From sequence record PX880099.1: a DNA stretch of 64,000 nucleotides; one strand, given 5' to 3'. The DNA comes from a phage. Under the pieces are notes generated by a model. The model was not told the origin of the DNA. It made no database searches and worked only from the letters and a program-made list of their open reading frames with translations. Each line of letters opens with the position of its first letter. The first letter of the stretch is position 1. Made by a program: the position numbers and the translations under genes. Shown here piece by piece: positions 38,999 to 48,150 of this stretch.

Positions 38999-39595
38999 TT
39001 ACCAAGGAATATCATCTTCTTCTTCCGATTTGGTATCTACTTGAGGTGGACGTGGAACCTTAACCTCTTTAACAAAGCGAAGATATGGGAAACGCGTAGC
39101 GATTTTAATAACATGTTTGGCATCTTCTCTAACATCTTTGTGCAAGAAGCAGATCCCTGTTTCCAAAGTTGTTTCAAAATCTTTAGAGTAATAACAATCC
39201 TTTCCATCAAATGCAGCCTGGCAGATGGACAGATCAAACTCATTCAGAAAGGTTGTCATTACATTTGGGTCCATAATCATAAGGTTGCAAAGCTGACCAT
39301 CACGTTCAAATTCAAAAACGTGTTTAAGACCAGTAACACCCTCGTAGTTATCAGAAGCCTCTTTGTTTCCTAGTTTACGAATATTAGTTCCCATCAAAGC
39401 AGATGCAATCAAGTCTTGTATTTGCTCTTCTGATCGATGTGCAGGAAGAGACGTGTAAAAATCCAGATCACGTCCAGCAATATCAAGAATACGCCAATCA
39501 CGAACAGCACCGCCAGCCAAGACAGAATTAGGATCAGCGATCTTTAATACAGTAAGAATTTCTTTGGCAATATTGATTTGTTTTGATTTAGTCAT
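38999..39595 (-). CDS. Putative nucleotidyltransferase-fold protein with SSB-like acidic C-terminal tail
   Basis: 198 aa; GGAVRDWRILDIAGRDLD resembles the GGxVRD...DxD head motif of Pol-beta-superfamily nucleotidyltransferases; ends SEEEDDIPW. Confidence 0.45.
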   Translation of the reverse strand: MTKSKQINIAKEILTVLKIADPNSVLAGGAVRDWRILDIAGRDLDFYTSLPAHRSEEQIQDLIASALMGTNIRKLGNKEASDNYEGVTGLKHVFEFERDGQLCNLMIMDPNVMTTFLNEFDLSICQAAFDGKDCYYSKDFETTLETGICFLHKDVREDAKHVIKIATRFPYLRFVKEVKVPRPPQVDTKSEEEDDIPW

Positions 39596-39806
39596 TGATA
39601 CGCTCCACAGTTACTTTAACAATATCGTCCATATTAATCTCATCTCCCAAGACTTCAATAACACCTTCCTCATAAAGTCGAGCACATTCTTCCCATACTT
39701 CTGCTTCCGTCATTCCACCTTCAATCTTATTTGCAAGACCTTTAATAACATCTTCATTTTGTTCATCAATAAGAATTGAAACATTAAAGCTCACTAGTTT
39801 ACGCAT
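39588..39806 (-). CDS. Hypothetical acidic protein
   Basis: 72-aa ORF; AAGGAG RBS; stop overlaps downstream start. Confidence 0.5.
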   Translation of the reverse strand: MRKLVSFNVSILIDEQNEDVIKGLANKIEGGMTEAEVWEECARLYEEGVIEVLGDEINMDDIVKVTVERIND

Positions 39807-39816
39807 TGTTTTCTCC

Positions 39817-39984
39817 TTATACCTCTAAACGGAAAGTTTCTTTAGATACAAAATCGTATCCACCTTTTTCAAGCCAGCCATTGTAAACCTCATCGGCTTG
39901 AGACTCTATCATAAAATACCGAGTGGTAACTTCGTCTCCGACAATACGCACAATTTTATAGCAAATCATGATACCATTTCCCAT
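39817..39984 (-). CDS. Small hypothetical protein (55 aa)
   Basis: Not in ORF track. GGAGG RBS before ATG; start overlaps upstream stop (TAATG). Confidence 0.35.
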   Translation of the reverse strand: MGNGIMICYKIVRIVGDEVTTRYFMIESQADEVYNGWLEKGGYDFVSKETFRLEV

Positions 39985-40175
39985 TAATCTTCCTCCAGAT
40001 CAATTTCATTATAACAATGTATGCAGAAACCATCATTGTGCATATGTTGTTCATAAGACATATCTTTACCACAAGACCAACAACGGATATCCCCATCGTC
40101 CCATTCACGTTCTTCTTCACCTTCAAATTCATCTGGTAGGTAAGGCATACCAAGACAATCTAAATCGTAATGCAT
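39984..40175 (-). CDS. Small zinc-ribbon-like protein
   Basis: 63 aa with CWSC...CIHC cysteine pairs; acidic; GGAGGAG RBS. Confidence 0.5.
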   Translation of the reverse strand: MHYDLDCLGMPYLPDEFEGEEEREWDDGDIRCWSCGKDMSYEQHMHNDGFCIHCYNEIDLEED

Positions 40176-40223
40176 ATCTCCTCCTATAAAGGGGCAGAAG
40201 CCCCTTATAAAACAATGAGTTAA

Positions 40224-42815
40224 CTAGTGACAGGACGCCCAGGAGTTACCCACATCATATCCGGCAGTAAGCTGAACGTTAAGATTGTAAAATTCTCCAG
40301 CCTTAGTAACAGCTAAAGCAGCAAGTTCACCTGCCCGACTATAGGCTGTAAACCATCCACCTTTGGGAGATTCATGAATGTTAGCCCAAATTTGCCCTGT
40401 CTCTTTTTCCTTATTATGCTTCCATTCTTCGACTTTAGCAAGGCATTCTTTATCAATTTTCTTTTGTTCTTCAGGATCGTCTACTTTTTTCCAACCTAAT
40501 GATTCGGGTGAAAACCATTTAAATTCTACAAGGTTACGAGAAACTTCAAGCTGGGCTTCATCGTGATATGCAATCATTTGTTGTACGAAGTCTTTATTCT
40601 TCCAGTCATCTTTAAAGAAGTCAACACTTAGTCCTTCTTCTTCGATCATATCATCATAAATAACCATTGCACGTTTAGCACAGATAACCCCACCGCTTTG
40701 GAACAGAGAGTTAAGAATCGCATGAGCAGAACGAGTAGGAACCTTACGACCGTCAATACCCAAAACATATTGTTTACCAGTCTTAACCCAGAAATCGTTT
40801 AAACGTTCTTTAAGACGCGCCAATGGGAATGCAGCTTCCCAGAAAGCATCGAACACCAATTGACCTGTAAACTTATCGCTACCAATTGTTTTAGCAACCT
40901 TGTCGGCTTGTGCACCATAGGTAATACCATACTTAACAGATTTAGCAGGACTACGTTCAAATTTACGTCCAATAGTTTCAGTGATACGTTTTGCCATCAT
41001 TGTGTGAACATCATTAGGTTTCTCTAACAACAGAGCGTTACAATATTCGTGTGGCTCCGGCTCGTATCGCCAACAGTAGTGTGATTCAATTTTTGCTTCC
41101 AAAGAGTCGAAGTCGTAGCCAATCTGGAAGTATTTAGGAACCTCTACACCAAACAAGTTACGCATCTCCCATCCAAACAAAGATGTGACACGAGGAATAT
41201 TAGCTACAGACCTATGCTTCATACGAGAGGTTGCAGCATCACATGTAGCGGCTGGTGTAGGAATACGCCCATCCGCCCTTACTGCGGCTAAGAAACCTTT
41301 ATCATATTCTTGGTCTTCTTCATCTTCTTCCCAATCAGCACCACCACCTAAAATAGAGTTCCTACGATGCTTATACGTTAAGTATTCTACAATCTGTGTA
41401 GCATAAGGGAATTTCTCACCCAAAGCTTGCAGGTTAGGACAGATTTCTTTTTCCTGACCTTTGGTAAAACATGGGTTAGTCAATACTTTAAGACCGCGAC
41501 CTTTTGCTATACGCTCTTGAATCTTCCTTTCCAAGGTTTCCGGTGTGCACTCCAGATGATCACAACGGTCCTGACAAAAATTAGAAGATAAAGTTTGCTC
41601 AACGTAAGCTCGAATACCTTTCTGAAGTTCTTCCTCGCTCTTTTTAATCTTGGTGCCAGATTTAAGAGTCAAATCTTTATCTTTATATTCCGATGGTACC
41701 CAACCTAATCCTACAAGCCAGTTTTTAATATGGGTTGTATCGTTTAATGTTGCAGGGATGTGAGGATCACATAAAGGCTCATCTGCTGCAACTGGCAGTT
41801 TCCACTCTTTCCCCAACATAACTAACCACCAATCTCCATCCCTCTCTTCCAAATGACCATCATGTTTCTTAGCAAAATTGATCATATGGTTAGTTGGTTC
41901 TAAGTTCTTTTTAATTTGCAACTTAGGTGGAATAAAAGCTTTAAGATAACCTTTTGTTGCTGGTTTAGGTGGCAAAATAGGCTCAACGAGTAAACGAAGA
42001 CGCTCCATTTCTGCATCCAAAAAAGCAAGGTTCTCTTCTGCTTGCTTCATGTTAAAAGCAAACCCACGGTGTTCCTGGCGCGTGATAATGTCTGCTACAC
42101 GTTGTTCAAGTTCAAATGGACCTTCCCATTTATCATAATCACCCCATTCTTCCATGAGGTAATTATATACACTTGTGTTGGCTTTGTTATCATAGATACA
42201 GTAATAAAGCATATCCGCAGCAAAAGTCTTAAATCGATCTTCTTCTGGAATCTCTTTACGGAAATCTATTTTTACATCACCGCCTGCTTTTCGAGAAAGT
42301 GCTGCCAAGCTATGTCCTGATTTGCCCTCAATCTTTCGATCTGGGTTTAACACTTTACTCAAAATCAAAGAGTCAATAAGTTTTACCTTATTTTTGCCCC
42401 ACGTGTTATATTTAACACTGTAATCTAATCCATAAAACAGTTTTGTAGCCAACCAGTCATAGTTGATACCGTTGTGTGCCACAGCCATTTCAACCAAATA
42501 TTCAGGCTTGTCTTTAAAATAACCTTCATGATTAATAAAGTCTGGGAAATCTTTTAATTGAAAATGTGTGTAATCTTGCGCCACATATTCTTTAAGAACA
42601 TACGTGTATTTACCATCTGATTCTTCATAAGGACGCCCGTCAAAAATATACTTAGGGCCATCGTGGAAAGCTACTATCTCTCCTGTTTCATGGTTCTCTA
42701 AGACAATACAGTGCATTTGAAATGTGTCTTTGAGACGATAAGGGCTAGCTAAATAATCGATAGTGTCATTATTCAACAATCCGTTTGCTTCAATATCCCA
42801 TGTAAACTTACTCAC
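40224..42815 (-). CDS. DNA polymerase, family A, with 3'-5' exonuclease domain
   Basis: 863 aa; Exo I-like WDIEANGL; motif A-like DFDSLEAKI; motif B-like AKSVKYGITYG; motif C HDE (AYHDEAQLE). Confidence 0.9.
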   Translation of the reverse strand: MSKFTWDIEANGLLNNDTIDYLASPYRLKDTFQMHCIVLENHETGEIVAFHDGPKYIFDGRPYEESDGKYTYVLKEYVAQDYTHFQLKDFPDFINHEGYFKDKPEYLVEMAVAHNGINYDWLATKLFYGLDYSVKYNTWGKNKVKLIDSLILSKVLNPDRKIEGKSGHSLAALSRKAGGDVKIDFRKEIPEEDRFKTFAADMLYYCIYDNKANTSVYNYLMEEWGDYDKWEGPFELEQRVADIITRQEHRGFAFNMKQAEENLAFLDAEMERLRLLVEPILPPKPATKGYLKAFIPPKLQIKKNLEPTNHMINFAKKHDGHLEERDGDWWLVMLGKEWKLPVAADEPLCDPHIPATLNDTTHIKNWLVGLGWVPSEYKDKDLTLKSGTKIKKSEEELQKGIRAYVEQTLSSNFCQDRCDHLECTPETLERKIQERIAKGRGLKVLTNPCFTKGQEKEICPNLQALGEKFPYATQIVEYLTYKHRRNSILGGGADWEEDEEDQEYDKGFLAAVRADGRIPTPAATCDAATSRMKHRSVANIPRVTSLFGWEMRNLFGVEVPKYFQIGYDFDSLEAKIESHYCWRYEPEPHEYCNALLLEKPNDVHTMMAKRITETIGRKFERSPAKSVKYGITYGAQADKVAKTIGSDKFTGQLVFDAFWEAAFPLARLKERLNDFWVKTGKQYVLGIDGRKVPTRSAHAILNSLFQSGGVICAKRAMVIYDDMIEEEGLSVDFFKDDWKNKDFVQQMIAYHDEAQLEVSRNLVEFKWFSPESLGWKKVDDPEEQKKIDKECLAKVEEWKHNKEKETGQIWANIHESPKGGWFTAYSRAGELAALAVTKAGEFYNLNVQLTAGYDVGNSWASCH

Positions 42816-43609
42816 TATTCCTCCTTTCTAATGTTCTCCAGAACCCACTGAAGTTCTTTTAAACTTAAACTTCTTACTCCCGCAGTTTTACTAGCTTCGG
42901 CTTTAAGTAACGGGTAAGCCTCAATGATACGCGTTTTAAGATCAGAAGTCAAGGCTTTTAAAAAATAGGTAGATGCTTCAGATAAAGAATCTTCTTCTGA
43001 TAACACTTTACCTGCACTTGCTCCCGCTCTCCTAACAGCTATGTCGTAGTCTTTACTGTTGCCTAATACGAATAGTCGATTTTCTCCTAAAACAACGGGA
43101 GAACGCTTCTCGTTGCGTTTAATCCATACCTGGAATACACAAGGAACATCCCAAGGTTCTCCATGAAGAATAAAAGATCCTTTTGGACATTCTTCTTCGT
43201 AAAGAAGATGCATGTGGGGATTTAGTTTGTGTGCAAAAAAGATTTTTTGAAATGTGCGAGGCAAGATAAAACAAATACCACCTTCGTTATCCAACATTTC
43301 AGCACAATGGTTAAAGAATTTAATGGCAAGACTAGCATTTTTTCCAAACGGAGGATTACCGACAAAAGCAGTTACACTGCCAACAGACTCAACAGATTGA
43401 GCTAAAAAATCTGCCTCAATACAATCTTCAAACTTAGGGTCAATATCAAAAGAAGTTATGTTTTTAAAACAAGAAGAGAAAGCTCCTTCTCCCGCAGATG
43501 GTTCTACGTAGTTAGCTTCCTCTCCAAAAATTTCTTTGATCTTATCACATAAGAACCCCGCATAAGCGGGGTTAGTGTAATATTGATCAAGTGTATTCAA
43601 CTTGCTCAA
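42815..43609 (-). CDS. DNA N6-adenine (or N4-cytosine) methyltransferase, orphan
   Basis: 264 aa; SAM motif I VEPSAGEGAF before catalytic motif IV VGNPPFG; no restriction endonuclease partner seen. Confidence 0.7.
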   Translation of the reverse strand: MSKLNTLDQYYTNPAYAGFLCDKIKEIFGEEANYVEPSAGEGAFSSCFKNITSFDIDPKFEDCIEADFLAQSVESVGSVTAFVGNPPFGKNASLAIKFFNHCAEMLDNEGGICFILPRTFQKIFFAHKLNPHMHLLYEEECPKGSFILHGEPWDVPCVFQVWIKRNEKRSPVVLGENRLFVLGNSKDYDIAVRRAGASAGKVLSEEDSLSEASTYFLKALTSDLKTRIIEAYPLLKAEASKTAGVRSLSLKELQWVLENIRKEE

Positions 43610-43618
43610 TAGTCCTCC

Positions 43619-44050
43619 TTAGTTGTTAGCGAACTCAATAGTGAGGTCAACTTTACCATCGTCAGAAATAACCATGTTTTTGGTATTTTTAAAGATGATA
43701 TCTACTTTACCTTCACTTACACGACAGAATGCAACACCATCTGCAACTTTATCAATATAATATTTGTAAGAAAGAATACCCACTTTACTACGACCAGCAC
43801 CTTTTGTGAAAGAAGGGCTTACATCGAAACGGAAACCTTTAGAAGAAACAACACGGTAAGAACGTCCAGTTGGGATATGCTCAATAACAGAGACATTGTT
43901 CTCAACAACTTTTACAGCAAACTCTTCAGGATGATCCTCAACAATCATGTGTGGGATGGCAAATGCCAACGCTTGTTTGTGTTTAATAACACCAGCACCC
44001 AGAGCACCAGCAGCTTTAACTTTTGCATTCAGATCGATTGTCATACGCAT
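43619..44050 (-). CDS. Hypothetical protein
   Basis: 143-aa ORF with its own promoter and RBS GAGGAG. Confidence 0.5.
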   Translation of the reverse strand: MRMTIDLNAKVKAAGALGAGVIKHKQALAFAIPHMIVEDHPEEFAVKVVENNVSVIEHIPTGRSYRVVSSKGFRFDVSPSFTKGAGRSKVGILSYKYYIDKVADGVAFCRVSEGKVDIIFKNTKNMVISDDGKVDLTIEFANN

Positions 44051-44083
44051 TTTTACTTCTCCTCTTGTTTGGTTGATGAGACA

Positions 44084-44112
44084 AGTATAAGTCCCTTCCG
44101 CAAAGTTGTCAA
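44084..44112 (-). promoter_or_regulatory. Consensus sigma70-like promoter (minus strand)
   Basis: On minus strand: TTGACA (plus 44107-44112), 17-nt spacer, TATACT (plus 44084-44089); drives gene starting at 44050. Confidence 0.55.
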
Positions 44113-44122
44113 CAGGTATTTT

Positions 44123-44144
44123 TAATAAAAGGGCCGAAGCCCTT
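44123..44144 (-). terminator. Rho-independent terminator after primase-helicase gene (minus strand)
   Basis: Minus-strand AAGGGC / TTCG loop / GCCCTT followed by TTTATT; stem overlaps the stop codon. Confidence 0.55.
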
Positions 44145-45921
44145 AGTAGTTGCTATCCGTAGGTAAGTTAGCAGGGTTGTTAAAATACTGCTCTTTGTCG
44201 TGAAGAGTTGCAGTTCTAATGTCATAGTAAAACTGCCCTGCTGGACCAGTCTCCGAGAACTCACGGTTTTTTAGGATAAAGCAATGAGTTGTATTACGTT
44301 CTACAGGATCTTCAGCAGCCTTATCTCGTTCCAAAGCCAAGGTAATACCAGCACCTTTAGCCAAGAAACTACTACCCATTGCATCGTCCTCTGTTAAGTG
44401 CTCATTGCCACCGTTAGCTGACTTCTTAACGTGTGAGATGACGATAATAGTTATAGCATACTCTTTCATGATTCGCTTCAACCATGTTGCTAACTCTTCC
44501 TGGGCTTGAACATCCATACCAGAAAGCAAATCAGAATAAGGGTCGATAACAAGAATTGTTACTCCAAAATAGATGATCATCTCCAAAACTTTTTCTTTGA
44601 TAGACTCCACATCTGCTCCACGATCATCACACACGTAAAAACGTGGTGATCCATCTTCTCTTTCGTAAAAATCTAGGATTTTTTCTTTATTCTCTTCCAA
44701 GATTTGAAATTTCTCTTCCGGTGTTTTCCTGTGTAGAGGAATGTGTAGGAAAGAGGATAACAGGTTACGAGAATACTTTTTATAAGTCGCTTCCAAGGAC
44801 AGAATACCTAGGGTATGTTCTGGGTGTGCAACAATAATATGTTTGGTGATCTCGTTCACCATCAAAGTTTTACCGATACTGGTCTTTGCCAGGATGACTG
44901 TAATCTCTTCCTCTACTAAACCACCACCCAACATGTTTGCAGCAACACGCATAAAAGGAGGCAAGGTAATCATCTTGGATTCCAAGCATTCCAATGCAGC
45001 TTCATACAAGACATTAGAAGCATAAACACCTGCGGGAGTGTATAGACGAGCACTCCAAAAAGCTTTTACGAAATCCTTTGCACGACCTTCTTCCAGATAC
45101 TGATTGGCATCCTTAAGATCCATCTGCATACGGTAGACTTTGTTACGAGGTAACACCTTAACAATATTTTCAAATGCCTCATTACCTGCTTTGTCGTTAT
45201 CCATGCAAACAATAATCTTCTTAAATTTTTCAAAGAAAGGATATTGTGCCTGAACTTGTTTATACATACTGGTTTCACCAGTTGTGCCACTTACTACGGC
45301 TGGAAGCTCATATTTACTGTCCAAGTTTTCAGATAGCATTTGATAAGCTGCCAGAGCATCGTGTTCACCACCTGTAATTACAACAGTATGAGAACGATCT
45401 GCAAAACGAATTTGTCCAAAAAGATCTACATCTTTACCTACTTGACCAATAGGTTTACTGAAATCTTTAGGATGAATACGACGCTTAAAACCGACCAATT
45501 CTTTACCGATGGTAGTTGGATATAAACAACTTTCTACTACCATCTGATCCCCTTCCTGACGGTATTCATAACGAACACCATAGAAAGATGAAACTTTTTC
45601 TTTAATGCCTCGATAACCACGTGGGTTGGTTGATGTTTCTTGAACAATTTTACGATGAATCTGTTTATTAAATTCCGAACCCACAATCTCCTCCTCTTCT
45701 TCTAAAACTTCACCATTTTCTCGTAACCATTCTACGCTAGGAATAGTGTATTCACACGCAAAGCACTTAGCACCTTTATGCTCTCCATTAGAATCTAATC
45801 CGTAAACCATCAGGTTATTACGAGAGCGATCCTTGCCATTTTTCATGCAGCGCGGACAACCTGTATGTCCTTCCTTGCTAAGATCAACATCAAATCCATA
45901 TTTAGTTATAATGTGCGACAC
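44143..45921 (-). CDS. Bifunctional DNA primase / DnaB-like helicase (T7 gp4-type)
   Basis: 592 aa; N-terminal zinc-binding CPRC...CFAC; central TOPRIM-like region; C-terminal Walker A ILAKTSIGKT and Walker B-like ILVIDPYSDL. Confidence 0.85.
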   Translation of the reverse strand: MSHIITKYGFDVDLSKEGHTGCPRCMKNGKDRSRNNLMVYGLDSNGEHKGAKCFACEYTIPSVEWLRENGEVLEEEEEIVGSEFNKQIHRKIVQETSTNPRGYRGIKEKVSSFYGVRYEYRQEGDQMVVESCLYPTTIGKELVGFKRRIHPKDFSKPIGQVGKDVDLFGQIRFADRSHTVVITGGEHDALAAYQMLSENLDSKYELPAVVSGTTGETSMYKQVQAQYPFFEKFKKIIVCMDNDKAGNEAFENIVKVLPRNKVYRMQMDLKDANQYLEEGRAKDFVKAFWSARLYTPAGVYASNVLYEAALECLESKMITLPPFMRVAANMLGGGLVEEEITVILAKTSIGKTLMVNEITKHIIVAHPEHTLGILSLEATYKKYSRNLLSSFLHIPLHRKTPEEKFQILEENKEKILDFYEREDGSPRFYVCDDRGADVESIKEKVLEMIIYFGVTILVIDPYSDLLSGMDVQAQEELATWLKRIMKEYAITIIVISHVKKSANGGNEHLTEDDAMGSSFLAKGAGITLALERDKAAEDPVERNTTHCFILKNREFSETGPAGQFYYDIRTATLHDKEQYFNNPANLPTDSNY

Positions 45922-45933
45922 TTTGTTCTCCTG

Positions 45934-46212
45934 TTAAAATGGTTCGTTAGTCTCCATCATATATTCTGCTTCTAGTTCTTCCATGTGCTTTCTAAATTGG
46001 AAAGCAATTTCTGCTACAGTTACATTTAAATCTTTTTCAAAAACTTCTGTAGATCCTTCATAAAAACGAATACCGTCAATTAAAAGCCCTCCGTGGTAAT
46101 CCCAATCGCTTTCACGAGAAAGTGGATTAGGTTCTTCATAATAGTAATCCACCTCCACGACCAAGGCTTTCCCGTTACGAGTGGTGTATTCAAAATCAAA
46201 AGTGTTAATCAT
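45934..46212 (-). CDS. Hypothetical protein
   Basis: 92-aa ORF between glycosyltransferase and primase-helicase genes. Confidence 0.5.
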   Translation of the reverse strand: MINTFDFEYTTRNGKALVVEVDYYYEEPNPLSRESDWDYHGGLLIDGIRFYEGSTEVFEKDLNVTVAEIAFQFRKHMEELEAEYMMETNEPF

Positions 46213-47156
46213 TATAGCTCCTCAAATAAAAGTCTACGACGCTCATTCAACACATCAATGTGATAATGAGTCCTGACATACTTAGCTAATGCTAATCCTT
46301 TCTCCATGCAAACATCGGGAGCACTTAATAAGTATTCCGTAATATCTTTCCACTCGGAAGGTGTTTCAGCAAAGAATAACAAATCTTTAAACTCTTGTGT
46401 ATGATAATTCTCACGAGGAGAGCAGATTAAAGGTAAACCCTTAGCACCCGCCTCAAGAATTTTAAGATTGCTTTTTGCATTATTAAACACGTTATCGATC
46501 AATGGTGCAAGACTGATTTGATGACCATCGTAAGATTCCATGTAGTTGGCATATGGTCTTACACCTTCATAAACACAAGTTGGTGCTACATTTTCTCTGA
46601 TTAAAGACCATTCACGACTACTTAAAACTTCAGAATCCCTACGAAAACCACATATTGTAAGATCTTTACCAAAATCGGGCAAGATAGCCAAATCTTGTTT
46701 ATGTGTTTCACTTCCAGCCCAGACTAATGGAGTTTTGGAGTAGCGATCACGGGTCAACACAAATTGACCTTCATCGTAAGGAAGTCCATTAGGGATTATG
46801 TGCACATTATCATTGTATTGTGAAAGTTCAACTTGCAAGGCAGGTGTCGTAGTTGTAACAAGATCACTGTGCTCTAAAAACCATTTTAAATGTTCACGAA
46901 TACCTGATTCAAAAATACCTTCTAACATGTGTCCTTTTGGAATAACTAAAGAGTCATCCAAATCCATAACCATTTTAAAGCCTAGGTTTTTAAGGGCTAA
47001 AAAGCCCTCTTTACCTTTTGTTGGCACTCCGTTAAAAACGAAAACGTTGTGTTTAGGTTGTGAAGAGAACTGCCTTGAGTAAGGCAGCACTACCCTATGG
47101 AAATCGCAGACACTATAATTGATTCCGTTACGATTGTCAAGAATTATTTGTCCCAT
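46212..47156 (-). CDS. Putative glycosyltransferase (GT-B-like), paralogue 1
   Basis: 314 aa; shares CDFHRVVLPY, VWAG, FNNAKSNLKILEAGAKGLPLICS and YVRTHY blocks with adjacent paralogue; E-x-G-x-x-G-x-P block resembles GT-B donor-binding region. Confidence 0.5.
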   Translation of the reverse strand: MGQIILDNRNGINYSVCDFHRVVLPYSRQFSSQPKHNVFVFNGVPTKGKEGFLALKNLGFKMVMDLDDSLVIPKGHMLEGIFESGIREHLKWFLEHSDLVTTTTPALQVELSQYNDNVHIIPNGLPYDEGQFVLTRDRYSKTPLVWAGSETHKQDLAILPDFGKDLTICGFRRDSEVLSSREWSLIRENVAPTCVYEGVRPYANYMESYDGHQISLAPLIDNVFNNAKSNLKILEAGAKGLPLICSPRENYHTQEFKDLLFFAETPSEWKDITEYLLSAPDVCMEKGLALAKYVRTHYHIDVLNERRRLLFEEL

Positions 47157-47163
47157 ACTTCAC

Positions 47164-48150
47164 CTACAAACTTTCAATAACCTGGCGTCGCAATTCGTTT
47201 GCATCTGCCAGATTATAATGTGTTCGAACATGTTCCGCTAAGAACAAGCCGCGATCTTCCCGATAGTTCGGATTACGAAGAAGCTTAACAATTTCGTAAT
47301 GCCATTCTGCTTTATTCTCTGCGTAAGCAACAGCGCGAGCATCTACAGGGTTAAAATAAGGTAATACCTTAGAACAAACAATCGGAATACCTTTTGCCCC
47401 AGCTTCAAGGATTTTGAGATTACTTTTACAATTATTAAAATCATTATCTACCAAAGGAGCTATAGCAATAGCATGACTTTCGTAAACACTCATGTAGTTA
47501 TCTAAATCTTTTACAGCAGCTTTATATTTGGCATTTGGTAAATTTCTACGGATCTTAATCCACTCTTGCCCTGTGATACTCTGCGAAGCTTCATACCCCG
47601 CAATAGTAAGAAGTTCATCATCAAAAGTATTAGAGACTAGTCGTAAATCGGGTTCGTGACTAGCACCGCCAGCCCATACAACAGGGGCACCGGATGAACG
47701 ATCATTTGACAAAGTGAATTGTCCGCTATCAAAAGGAAGTGCATTTCGGATCACAACAACATTCCTATTTAAGTGACGGATCTTATATGCCAAATATTCC
47801 GTAGTCACAATGACCACATCGGCAAGCTTAACCATAGCTACAATAGCATGAGTGTTTGACTCATATAAACTTGCTAAATAATGTTCTGGATTAAGTTGGT
47901 AGAAATCATCTAAATCTACAACAATCTTAACACCTTGACGTTTCAGGGACAGAACATATTCTGCCCCTTTAGAATGAATACGGTTAAACACGACAACATC
48001 TTTCTTAGGCTGAAAATTATTGTTGTTAAATGGTATAACAATACGATGATAATCACAACCACTGTGAGGTTTTGCATCAATTTTCAGTTTAGTCCATTTT
48101 TTATTTGACATGTGCCAGTGCCTCCTCATAAGAAATTCGGATTTTCCCAT
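47164..48150 (-). CDS. Putative glycosyltransferase (GT-B-like), paralogue 2
   Basis: 328 aa; same conserved blocks (CDYHRIVIPF, VWAG, FNNCKSNLKILEAGAKGIPIVCS, HVRTHY). Confidence 0.5.
   Translation of the reverse strand: MGKSEFLMRRHWHMSNKKWTKLKIDAKPHSGCDYHRIVIPFNNNNFQPKKDVVVFNRIHSKGAEYVLSLKRQGVKIVVDLDDFYQLNPEHYLASLYESNTHAIVAMVKLADVVIVTTEYLAYKIRHLNRNVVVIRNALPFDSGQFTLSNDRSSGAPVVWAGGASHEPDLRLVSNTFDDELLTIAGYEASQSITGQEWIKIRRNLPNAKYKAAVKDLDNYMSVYESHAIAIAPLVDNDFNNCKSNLKILEAGAKGIPIVCSKVLPYFNPVDARAVAYAENKAEWHYEIVKLLRNPNYREDRGLFLAEHVRTHYNLADANELRRQVIESL

Noticed and set aside
40189-40206. Hairpin downstream of the DNA polymerase gene as a terminator
   Set aside because: Perfect stem but no U-tract on either strand, and it is immediately followed by the RBS of the next gene; more likely a processing or coupling structure.
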